From Lobosporangium transversale (lineage: Eukaryota), in NCBI RefSeq assembly GCF_002105155.1, contig NW_019029010.1, forward strand, positions 434,001 through 489,895: a stretch of 55,895 bases of DNA, given 5' to 3'. The notes beneath the pieces were generated by a model. The model worked only from the letters and a program-made list of their open reading frames with translations. It was not told the DNA's origin and searched no databases. Both the position numbers and the translations under genes were made by a program. Positions 15,662 through 26,204 of the stretch are shown here, in pieces. Numbering within the stretch: the first letter of the stretch is position 1; each line of letters opens with the position of its first letter.

Positions 15662-18229
15662 ATGCTCGATTTCAGGTCACACAGACTCCGCCCATATGAA
15701 CTCAACCCTGTGTCACGTCGTTCACGGCAACCAGGATCTCATCGAACAACCTCATTATCATCATCATCAACATCATCACCATCCATTCATGGATACCAAT
15801 CCACCATGGCTCTTCGCTATTCATCTAGACAACGACTCCGACTTTTTAGGAATACACACAAACAACATTTTCAACAACAAGAAGTACACATGCTAGAGCA
15901 ACCAAATGAAGGCCAGGAGATTGATGTCATGGGAACTACTATGGCGATGGATACCTCTGTGGATGCTGATGTTAATACCAGTAAAGATGAGGACATTGAA
16001 CTGGAAATGATCCAGGAACCAGCCATTTTCCGTCTAAGCCAAGAATTACTTGCATTAATATTTCATTACGTCTATGTCACACCAGTTGTCCTTCGTCCTG
16101 AACAACATTCGGGGGAACTGAATTCTAGTCAAACTTCAACTACGTCATTGACACACTCCTCTTCGTCTACATTCCATAGTACAACAAATGAAACAACCTC
16201 GACTGCATCAACAACAGCAACCACATCAACCATCACAACAACGTCAGAGCCCTCTCGAACGAACCGACGCAATAAGAGGGATAAGAGAAAGAGTATAGCG
16301 TGTATTCAGAATGACCTTCCATCTGTTTTGGCCCTTTGTCTCACCTGCCGCACTTTCTACCCCCAGGCCATCCGTTTGCTTTGGCGACAAAGGACCCTGG
16401 CCAGTTATGATGATTTGATTGAGTTTTATCGAGCAATTGATTTTTCTGCCTCTCTCCGGAGGAGACAACAAAAGCAACGGCAGCTGGAACAAGAGCAGCT
16501 GCAACGGTTAGGTATGGACTATTCAACTGAAGAAGGGTTGTTCAATAATGAGGCCGCCCTTAGGATCAAGTCTCTGACCCTGTTAGACATGTCTTTCGGA
16601 TCATTCTTTTTGCCCTCATTGCCCTCTCTGGCTATGACTGCTTCATCGACCGATACCACTACGACATTGACGTCCTCCAGTCAATTTTTTGGAAGCAGTA
16701 GTAACAGTAATATGGCCCAAGGCAATGGTAGTAACAGTCACCATGTCAACGCCCTCATGAGCGCTGGTGCGGGCTCTGAATTACGCCAAGGTATTGACGG
16801 TTTGAAAACTATAGACGAGAATAGCATGATAATGGGCTTTGCCAAGGATGACATGATGACAGTATCATCGTCCTCCTCCTCACCTACATCGGGTTCTACA
16901 AGCAGAGGCCCTTCTTCCTCTTCGACTCAGCTTAAGAGACGATCTCGCCAAAAGTCAACATCCATCTACAGTGAGTTGATCTCTCCAAGACTGCTCCACA
17001 CCATCGCCAATCACTGTTATGCACTCGTGGATCTAAAGATTTGTATGGACAACAAATCTTTGGCAGCAGCGGGCTCGCCTACATTTATCCCCAACAGTAC
17101 TGAGACTTCCAAGGTCCAGCCTAGTATTCCCTTTTCCATTATTGCAGGGGCATTGCTCTCATTAAAGCGACTGACACTGATGGGTGTTGTCTGTCATCCT
17201 GGCCAGAACAAGACCGGAGCAGAACTATTATTGTTTGCACAGAAGTCCCAGCCCTTGGAGAGACTTTCTATCCGATCCTGTCGAGGAATCAGCCTTGAGA
17301 CCTATATTGAATTCGCAGTTCGGTCGAACCGTCGTCTGTTATCGGTGGATTTTGAAGGGCTCGACTTTGAATCAAGTGAGCAGCTGACAGAAATGATTTC
17401 GGCATATGCAGCCCACTGTGAGAACATCATGTCTATCACGTTATCCTGCCTTCACGGACTGGCCCTTGATGGGATGATTGCAGCTTTGGCCTCGCACAAA
17501 TTGGAGGCGCTTCAAGAGCTTCATGTATTGGGTCATGACTCTTTTCATGCCCCGCAGCAACAGCAGCAACAGCAGCAGCAACAACAGGAACCGCAGCAGG
17601 AACCGCAACCGCAACCAGAACAACAGCAACAAGAAAATAATAATCATGAAAATAACAATCAAGAGGGCGCACAAGTTCCTATGACCCAAATGTGCCACCT
17701 TGCAGATGCTAATCAAGCCATGGCCGACCTTGCTCAGTTGCCCCCTCATCGCTTGACCCTGTACTGCCTTGGTATCACAGACATCGCACTATTCCAGTTT
17801 CTCTGCAAGTCACCACATCTCATCGATCTAGTCCTGAGCGAACCCACAACGATCCTTCATCTGCCACAATTCCAAACTTTTGTGAAATCGGTTCTCCCCT
17901 CACCTTCATCCCAATCTCAAGCTGAGCAACCCTCAGCAATGGAAGATGAAGAGAATCCATTCGGTCCTCCGGTTTCCTCAACAGCAACAGCGACACCCTT
18001 CACAAGTGCTGGATTCTTGAACCTGATTTTGGCTCGATGCTCCTGGCTCAAGTACATGTTCATGAAACTTTCACTCGAGACTGCACAGGAATGGATTGTG
18101 CAGCCTTGTTTCAAGGAGGCAGGATTGGACAAGTGTTTGTACCAGTACCGAACAGCGACAGGAGCGCCTGCAGTCGTAATGATGTGGGATACTCGTAATA
18201 AGGTCAATGCCACACTCACTAGGTCGTAA
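15662..18229 (+). CDS. F-box-like / LRR(RNI)-like protein with low-complexity insertions
   Basis: 855-aa intronless ORF. F-box-like IFRLSQELLALIFHYV ... LALCLTCRTFYPQAIRLLWR. LRR-like units LKRLTLMG, LERLSIRSCRGIS, LQELHVLG and LTLYCLGITD. Confidence 0.75.
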   Translation: MLDFRSHRLRPYELNPVSRRSRQPGSHRTTSLSSSSTSSPSIHGYQSTMALRYSSRQRLRLFRNTHKQHFQQQEVHMLEQPNEGQEIDVMGTTMAMDTSVDADVNTSKDEDIELEMIQEPAIFRLSQELLALIFHYVYVTPVVLRPEQHSGELNSSQTSTTSLTHSSSSTFHSTTNETTSTASTTATTSTITTTSEPSRTNRRNKRDKRKSIACIQNDLPSVLALCLTCRTFYPQAIRLLWRQRTLASYDDLIEFYRAIDFSASLRRRQQKQRQLEQEQLQRLGMDYSTEEGLFNNEAALRIKSLTLLDMSFGSFFLPSLPSLAMTASSTDTTTTLTSSSQFFGSSSNSNMAQGNGSNSHHVNALMSAGAGSELRQGIDGLKTIDENSMIMGFAKDDMMTVSSSSSSPTSGSTSRGPSSSSTQLKRRSRQKSTSIYSELISPRLLHTIANHCYALVDLKICMDNKSLAAAGSPTFIPNSTETSKVQPSIPFSIIAGALLSLKRLTLMGVVCHPGQNKTGAELLLFAQKSQPLERLSIRSCRGISLETYIEFAVRSNRRLLSVDFEGLDFESSEQLTEMISAYAAHCENIMSITLSCLHGLALDGMIAALASHKLEALQELHVLGHDSFHAPQQQQQQQQQQQEPQQEPQPQPEQQQQENNNHENNNQEGAQVPMTQMCHLADANQAMADLAQLPPHRLTLYCLGITDIALFQFLCKSPHLIDLVLSEPTTILHLPQFQTFVKSVLPSPSSQSQAEQPSAMEDEENPFGPPVSSTATATPFTSAGFLNLILARCSWLKYMFMKLSLETAQEWIVQPCFKEAGLDKCLYQYRTATGAPAVVMMWDTRNKVNATLTRS

Positions 18230-19244
18230 ATTTTTTTTATTTTTATTTTTTTTTGCTTCGTCACGTTTTCCTCTTACACTCCTCTCCTTTTCTTGATGAA
18301 TTTTTTTTTTTTTATATTTTTATACATATTTTTTTTATCATGATCCAAATTCTGTATGAACAACAAACATTTACGATTACGATAATACTTTCTTGAATCC
18401 CGGTAGACATGTTTATATACATATACTTTCAAACTGTAATAGTAAACTTGATCCATATATACTTCATAGCATGCTCTTAAACCTTACTTTAGACAATTCA
18501 AAGATATAATAAACAAAGCTCTTTTCTATCTCTCTATCTCTCTTTTACTTTCTCTCTCTCTTTTTTTTTTTTTTTTTTTTTTTTTCTACTTTGCTATGAG
18601 AGCCAGTGGAATAGGTGTGGGGAGTGAGGAAAATAGAAAAGAGTTGGCTTGTGCGCAGCAGCCAGATAATATATATATATATACTCTTCCTAGATAATGT
18701 ATATAATAATTAGTATTAAATAACGTGATATGAGAAGATGGGGTTCTTTTTGTCACATGCTGTCATTGTCGTACATGTCATAATATGCATAAATATAACA
18801 CATAATTATCGTAGATGCAAGATGACAACCTTTGTGGATCGTAATTAAACAACGCAGCCAATCAGCGGAGAAAACTGGTATTAAGTCTCGGATAAGTCCA
18901 GTCTTGTATATTTTGTATTTAAATATATATATATACAAGGAAAAGAAAAATCGATGGTGACAAAGATTGGGGAAAGAAGGGAGCCAACAAAAAAAAAAAA
19001 AAAAAAAAAAAAAAAGAAAGTATGGAACCATGTATGTATATAATATATATTTTTCATATCAATTATCGTTTTACAACAAGAGCATCGATGGGAATCATGT
19101 CATGGATGGGATGAGGATATTTGGGGCAATGAAGCTGAGGATACATTAACATATACACATATTTATAATGGATAATGGGGCAATGGATGACAAAGAGTGT
19201 AAGAAAGGTCTGAAATGTAATAATGGATAACCATCGTAGAGGAT

Positions 19245-19298
19245 AGTACAGTACAGTACCGTACCGTACTGTACTGTACTGTACTGTACTGTACTGTA
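19245..19298. repeat. Self-complementary pentamer microsatellite (AGTAC)n to (GTACT)n
   Basis: AGTACAGTACAGTAC-CGTACC-GTACTGTACTGTACT...; the two halves are reverse complements. Confidence 0.85.
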
Positions 19299-19907
19299 TT
19301 ATACTGTCAGAGGTTAAGGATCAGAGTAAGAACAAAGGCCCCATTCAGCTCTTCTTTGCTTCTTGAAACGCTCTCTCCCTTTTTTTTTTTTTTATTTTTT
19401 ACTGACATCACTTCCATCCTCTCGTCCATTCATTCGGTGCCAGTATAAAACATCCTGATCCTGGGTATCCCGGATAACATAGAACGAAATCAATCCAGCA
19501 ATTAGCCGACTTTTTTTTTTTTTTTTTTTTTTTTTGTGTTTGTTTTATTTTTCGTCTCATTACCTCTTCTGTTCTCGCTCTTTTTTTTTTTTTTTTTTAC
19601 CTTTTTGAATCAACCCTTAGTTCATTCACATTACTCATTCGTCACTCATTCTGTTAACCAAAAAAAAAAAAGAAAAGAAAAAAACCAAAAGACAGTTGAA
19701 TCTCAATCCTCTTCTGGAATAGTTAGATTTGGCTAAGTATTACAATTTAGAGAAAGAGTAAGAGAAAAAGAAATCAAGTGGTCCCGAACAAATTCAGGTC
19801 CAAGGTAAGGAATAAAGAGTGATAAAATATTCCTTTTTTGGAGAAGGGGTAATATAGTTGAAACTCGCCTCCATGCCATTATATCGTGTCCAATATCCAT
19901 TAGCAAC

Positions 19908-19941
<34 letters not shown>

Positions 19942-22386
19942 CCTTTACCTGAGTGAGAATGAGAGGCTAGTGAAGTGTTTTATTATTATAATTATGTTTT
20001 TTATTATTATTATTATTATTTTTATTTTTATTGTGCTGTCCAGTCGCAAAGCATCCATTTTATTCCGCGCTCTAGACAACTAGACAACTATGATTCTCAA
20101 ACAGAGACAGAGTCATAGCGAGGATGACAATATTGGATATTTTTATATCAGGCTACTTGTCTATACCCCCTTGAGCTTGTTTTGACTTTTTTTTTTTTTT
20201 TTTTTTTTTTTTTCAACGGGTTCAATGCCACGTTACGTGTCAAAGAAAACACTCTTTCCAAAAATAATGACGGGAAGGAAGAAGGACGTGTCTTTGTTCC
20301 TTGGAACGGACAAACAGACAAAGGGAAAAAGCTTAAACAAAAGAAAGTAGCTTTTTGGGAAAGAGCTTAGTGTGAACATGGAGATTGGGTTCTGAATGAA
20401 TGTGCAAATGGTGTATGCGTGTGTATATTTGCTTTCTTTGACCCGCACGAGTGGAAAAAGACTTTATCTTTTCATGTCCCGCTGCGCTCATTATTCTAAC
20501 TTCCATGGCATGCAATAATAACCTGGGGAAAAAAGTAAAAAGTTACAAACATAGACACAAACACAAATACAAACATGCAACACTTGCATCTAATGTACAT
20601 GCACCTGCATTCTATCCTTATATCTCGGTTTTCATCACCCTCCCCCCCCTCCCTTTCTTTTTATATTTCCACAAGAAAAGAAAAAAATATTTCATTTCCA
20701 ACATGCATGGTGCCAAAATAAACATTTTGAGCGGGTGGGCGGGTAGAGGAGAGAAGGAAAAAGATCATGCGATAAGGAAAATGGTTGTGGTCCTTGAGAC
20801 AACTCAAACATCAATCTCATTTGGACTTGTAAATGGGTTTGAAATGCAGGACTTTATTTGAAGTATCCCCGAGTTGGCTAATCTTCCCATGAAGATCGTC
20901 TTATCCCTTTCTTTCTTGATCTTTGGTCTTTTCTCTTTGATTCTTGGCCCTTTTTGTTTCAGCAAAATTTGACTGAACTGGCTTAGTTGAGCTGGTCCAA
21001 CCTTCTTTCTCATCTTTGCTAAATCGAGGATGATTACTCCATCCTATTTTCATTTTTCCCACTTGTTTTATTTATTTAATCACTTTAAAAAAATGAGCTA
21101 TGTCTCACTATCTATTTTCCTCGGAACGTTTTTTTATTCTCTTTGGATGCTTGTAATGCGATATTACATGATCAAGCTTTATTCACATCTCTCTCTTTTT
21201 TTTTTTTTTTTTTTTTTTTTTGTTTTTTTGGACAAAGGAGACAGAAAGAAGAAGAAGAAGTAGAAGAAGAAGAAGAAGAAAAGAAGTAAAGAAGAATAGA
21301 ATGATGATGACATGATTAGTCAAATTGCTTCGTTACATTCTTCATCCTGGGATGAGAAAAATAAGAATGTCCACAGACATCCTGGTTTGAGATTGAGAGA
21401 TGAGATCCAGTTCAATCGTTGGCTACAGTTTAATGGCAGTGCATTATCATGTTTTCAAAGGTCTTTACGGCTGTTCAAAGTTTCAGTGAGGCGCAGACAA
21501 GTGCATTGGCTCCCATGATTCATTTGATTAGGGTTCTTTGACCCCCTTGCTGACCCTTCTCATGTTTCGAAACTGTTTGAGAATCATTAAAAATTTTTTT
21601 TTCTTCTTCTTCTTCTTCTTCCCAATCTCTCTCCCCTCCAGGGCAAACAAACATAAACAATCGGTTATTACAAACGTAAAGTATAATATTTCCTTTCCTC
21701 TTACTTTCTCCCCCTCTTTTCCCTCTTGTTCTGTCTTATCCTTGTCTCCCGCCTCTTTCTCGGCTTCCATTCTTTCATATAAAGCGCACTCTCTCTCCAT
21801 CTTTTTTTCTTTCTTTCTTTCTTTCTTTCTTTTTTCTTCTCTTTCTTCATTCTCAACATTTTAAACAAAATACCAAATAATATTTAGAGAAAAAATAATC
21901 CCCGGGCTTACATGCCACTTGTATCATTACCATCTTCTTCTTAAACACTCACTTTTCTTCCTTCGTTTGCATTTGTTTTTTTCTGTTTCTACTGCATACC
22001 ATTAACATTTCAGGTACACAACACACCCCATCAGATTGCTCTACATTTCATCTGCCTTTTTACTCCCCCCATTCTGTCATCATTACCTCCTTCTAAATAT
22101 TTAATTTGTGACAGCCCATGTGGGCAATTGATTACGCTTAGACCGTTTGCCCCCCCTCCCCGTCTTTAATATTGTGCATTGAGCTATTGTTTCTAATCCA
22201 AATTTTCTTCTCTTTTTCACTGCTTCTTTTCTCTCTTCATAGGTCTTTTTTATCCTTTCTCCTCTTCTCTCCTTTTTCTTCATTTGTAATTTCACTGTAA
22301 AATTGTACATAATCATACATCCTTGCATTCCTTCCACTTCCAGAACAATAACACATACACACATCTCAGCTCCATCTCTTTGTATC

Positions 22387-24489
22387 ATGTCTTCATATAC
22401 CCTCGCAGAATCTTCAGTACCCACATCCACAGCCACATTATCACAAACCTCGCCCTTTCCCATGATGCGTCCAGCCTCACACTCCTTCTCACTTCAACGC
22501 CCCACACTCTCACAAGATTCAAAGAAGACTCGCAACTCCAAGCGACTCTCACTCTTTGTTCCCCCTTCGCCTGGAAAGTTGGAGACTCTGGCCTCCTTGG
22601 CTGCAGCAACTCCTACCTTCCCTCCATCCTCATCTTTATCTTCATCCTCATCATCTACAGCTACATCCACATCTACATCATCCAAGCGCCACTTCTCCTC
22701 TTCCTTGTCCACATCTCTTTCAACCATCTCCCAATCACCCATTACCACACCCACTGCTGACGAGTCCACAAAAGTCGTATCAGAAGCAGCAGAGACCAAC
22801 TCAAGGAGGCACAGTCAGCTGTTGTTGGATCAAGCCCTCCCCACCCCACGTCTTCCATTGGCAGTCAACCAACCTAAACAACGTCCAATCTCGGCTTACT
22901 TTGCCGATTTCAGTGCAGAGTGCGGCACAGCCTCTCCATACACCAAAGAACCTGTCTGTGTCCTGCCACACCTTTATTTGGGTGCAGAACACAACGCTGT
23001 GGATGTCAAAGTTCTTTCCCGATTGGGCATCACTGCTGTCTTGAATGTCGCCATCGAGATTTCGAACGCTTCTCAGCAACAATATCAGCTAAGCAGCAAA
23101 AACATGGACAGGATCGTCAAGACTGCCCAAGGTCGCTCGATCCATTACAAAAATCTGTCCTGGACACATCACCAAAGAGATCTCCAGAGCGAGTTCCCTT
23201 TGGCGTTTGCGTTCATTGAGGAGATCAAGAATATGGGGGGCAAGGTCTTGATCCATTGTCAACTGGGTGTCTCCCGCTCAGCATCACTTGTGATCGCTTA
23301 TGTGATGAAGACCCTGCAGATGAACCTGACAGACGCGTATGACTTTGTGAAGACACGCTCGAGTGTTGTCTCGCCCAATATGAGCCTGATGTATCAATTG
23401 GCTGAATTCGGAAAGTCTTTGGAGGAGGAGAGGAATGGCAAGAAGAAGAGACCTACCTTGGCTAGATTGCCTAGCAACAAGAGCACCTGGGCTGCCTCAC
23501 GTGAAGATGAAGATGACTACTATCCATACCCGACCGAGAGGATGGACATGGATGTGGAGATGTCCTCTCCATGCCCAAGCCCAAGCCCGAGTGCTATTCC
23601 CAAGACTCCAACCGCTTCTAGTAGTACTAATCCTTTTGGTCAGAGCCAATCCCCATCCGCTCCAGTCACTACTCGTCGTCCTCGTTCTTCTTACAATCGT
23701 TCGGCGCCTCCTATGCCTTTGTCCTCGTTGATGACAGCTAAGGGTGCCTCACACTTTGCAAATGTGCCTCAGACGCCTATGACAGATCGGTTCTCGATTC
23801 CCGATATTGTGCCAGCAACGCCAATGAAGGATCGATTTTCATTCTCGTCCTCAGGGCCATGGTCATCTTCATCAGGCCAAATGGACAGTAGTAGCGCTCT
23901 ATCTTATCCGCCCTCGCCTTCCTTGGCTTCTTCACCTGAACGATTTCCTGAAGGCGAGTCATTTGTACTCTCTCCACCTGTAAGGCCTTTTGTCACATCA
24001 CACAAGCCAATGTCGTCCTCGTCCTCGATGTCCTCCTTTGAATCGACTGCATCCTTCTCTAGGCCTTCATCCACATCCTCCACATTCTCAAACACATTAT
24101 CGATTTATGAGTCTGAAACATCTTCCACGATGGCAATGTCAGCAGCTTCGCCTGCGTCTGTGGTCACTCCTTTGAGGGAAGACCATCGTTACGACAATAA
24201 GAATTACAGTTATGATGATGATAATCATCCTTGGGCCAAAATCCCTTCGACGTCTGTCGCCACCACAACTCCAACAGGTTCTGGCTATGGTTCCTATGCT
24301 TCTCCACTCAAGAGTCCTATGACGCCTACTTTTCCCTCTTCCTCCTCTTCATCTATTAGTACTACCTCCAAGAAGACAGGGATTCATTCGTTGGCCAAAG
24401 CTTTGACGCGTCGTTGGTCAAATCAACAGCAACAGCAGCAATCTATACCACCACCACCACCTTCTCCATCTGTAGTGGCCAATGTCTAA
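22387..24489 (+). CDS. Dual-specificity MAP kinase phosphatase (Msg5/Sdp1/Pmp1-like)
   Basis: Catalytic HCQLGVSRS at 23254-23280, VLPHLYLGAE, AYVM and SPNMSLMYQL. Fungal WxH loop (SWTHH). N-terminal RNSKRLSL docking-type motif. First ATG at 22387. Confidence 0.9.
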   Translation: MSSYTLAESSVPTSTATLSQTSPFPMMRPASHSFSLQRPTLSQDSKKTRNSKRLSLFVPPSPGKLETLASLAAATPTFPPSSSLSSSSSSTATSTSTSSKRHFSSSLSTSLSTISQSPITTPTADESTKVVSEAAETNSRRHSQLLLDQALPTPRLPLAVNQPKQRPISAYFADFSAECGTASPYTKEPVCVLPHLYLGAEHNAVDVKVLSRLGITAVLNVAIEISNASQQQYQLSSKNMDRIVKTAQGRSIHYKNLSWTHHQRDLQSEFPLAFAFIEEIKNMGGKVLIHCQLGVSRSASLVIAYVMKTLQMNLTDAYDFVKTRSSVVSPNMSLMYQLAEFGKSLEEERNGKKKRPTLARLPSNKSTWAASREDEDDYYPYPTERMDMDVEMSSPCPSPSPSAIPKTPTASSSTNPFGQSQSPSAPVTTRRPRSSYNRSAPPMPLSSLMTAKGASHFANVPQTPMTDRFSIPDIVPATPMKDRFSFSSSGPWSSSSGQMDSSSALSYPPSPSLASSPERFPEGESFVLSPPVRPFVTSHKPMSSSSSMSSFESTASFSRPSSTSSTFSNTLSIYESETSSTMAMSAASPASVVTPLREDHRYDNKNYSYDDDNHPWAKIPSTSVATTTPTGSGYGSYASPLKSPMTPTFPSSSSSSISTTSKKTGIHSLAKALTRRWSNQQQQQQSIPPPPPSPSVVANV

Positions 24490-24519
24490 AATGAACGTGT
24501 ATTTTATTTTATTTTTATT

Positions 24520-24551
<32 letters not shown>

Positions 24552-24665
24552 ATTTTTATTTTTTTTTTATTTTTTTTTTACTTTTATGATAAAAATAAAT
24601 AATATTAAATTTGCTAGCAGTAATGTCTCTTGCTTCCAAAAGGACAATGATGATAATGATATTGT

Positions 24666-24725
24666 TGATAAATGATGAATGATAAATGATAAATGATGAA
24701 TGATAAATGATAAATGATGATAAAT
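24666..24725. repeat. TGATAAA/TGATGAA heptamer tandem repeat downstream of the phosphatase gene
   Basis: The 21-nt higher-order unit TGATAAATGATGAATGATAAA is repeated. Confidence 0.8.
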
Positions 24726-25017
24726 AACAGATGACAGCAGGTAAACGTGACTGATTGGCTGGTAGGAAGGCAACTAAAAATTATACACTGGTAACTGGTA
24801 ACTTGATAATTCGTAGCTGATGGCTAGAAAATAGTTTTTTTTTTTTTATTTTTTTTTACCTCCCTCTCCCTATCAGACTTTGTTTTTCTTTAGAGAATAT
24901 TTTTAAAAACTAAGAAAGTCTTTGGTAAATGAAGAGGGAAAGGAAAAAAGATAAAAATACACATTTAGTCTTCTTCCTTTCAAACCCATTTGAAAATAGT
25001 TCTTAAGCACGCGCAGG

Positions 25018-25048
<31 letters not shown>

Positions 25049-25927
25049 TAGATTGTCAGGAACTGTTTTGCTTTTTTGCTTTGCCAATAAAGCCTGAACT
25101 GAACGGGTAGAGTCCCTTGCTGTCGGATATTTATTCGACGGTTACAAAAAAAAAATAAATAATAATAATAAAACGAAAAGAAAGAAAGGGTTGAGGTGGA
25201 TTTATATTTGGGATTGGATTGGATTGGATAGGATTGGGAAATGGGAAATGGGTGGGAAAGCAAAGCAAGTGTTCTTTTTTTTTTTTTTTTCACACTAATT
25301 TTTAACAGTTTTAGTTTCATTTAAATAATTATTGGATTAGCTGGGATTGATGCTGAATCTGTAGAAGAACCCTTCTAAACTTGTTTTTTACGTTAGTCGT
25401 TACTTAGTATAATCATATTTGTATAATCGTTAGTAAAAAAAAAAATAAAAATAGCAATGAAGAATACACCAGTCGATCGCGTTTTTTGTACGACACTATA
25501 TTTTTTTTTTTTTTTTTTTTTCCTCCTGTTATGCATATAATAAATATATACATATATATATATCAAGCATATATTGTGGAGAAGGGAAGGAAATTTAACC
25601 GCGGAAAAGGTTTTTTATTTTATACATTTTTCTTGCATTATGGAAGGAAAGGGAAAGGGAGGAAAAAGAAAATATATACATGTACTTCCGGGCAATGAAT
25701 GTAATATGAATGAAGAAAAAGAAATGATCGAGAACAGACCAAAACAAGTTTTTTTCTTTTTTTCTTTTTTCTTGGTCAATGGAAGGATGCATGTTTGTCT
25801 ATGTTTTCCTGCATAATTCTTCTCGTTCATTTTTCTTTTTTCTTTTTTTTTTTTTGCATATTGCATATTGCATACATTCGGTCATTTCTTTTTGTCATGT
25901 GGAGATTTTGAGGGTATTGTTTGCAGT

Positions 25928-25961
<34 letters not shown>

Positions 25962-26204
25962 GTTTATTTATTTATTTCATTCTGTAGTTTACATCTTTTT
26001 AGTAAAGAAAGTAAGAAAAATAATAAAAAAAAAAAAAAAAAAAAAAATACAATGAAGTAAATAGCTAGAAAAAGCGGGAAAAAAAAATAATATGAAAACA
26101 AAAAAAGAAAAAAAAAAAAAAAAAAAAAAAAAAATCTCCTAAAGTAAAGCTAAAAGGTGATAAACCAGATCTCCCTTTTTTTTTTTTTTTTTTTTTTTAT
26201 ACAC

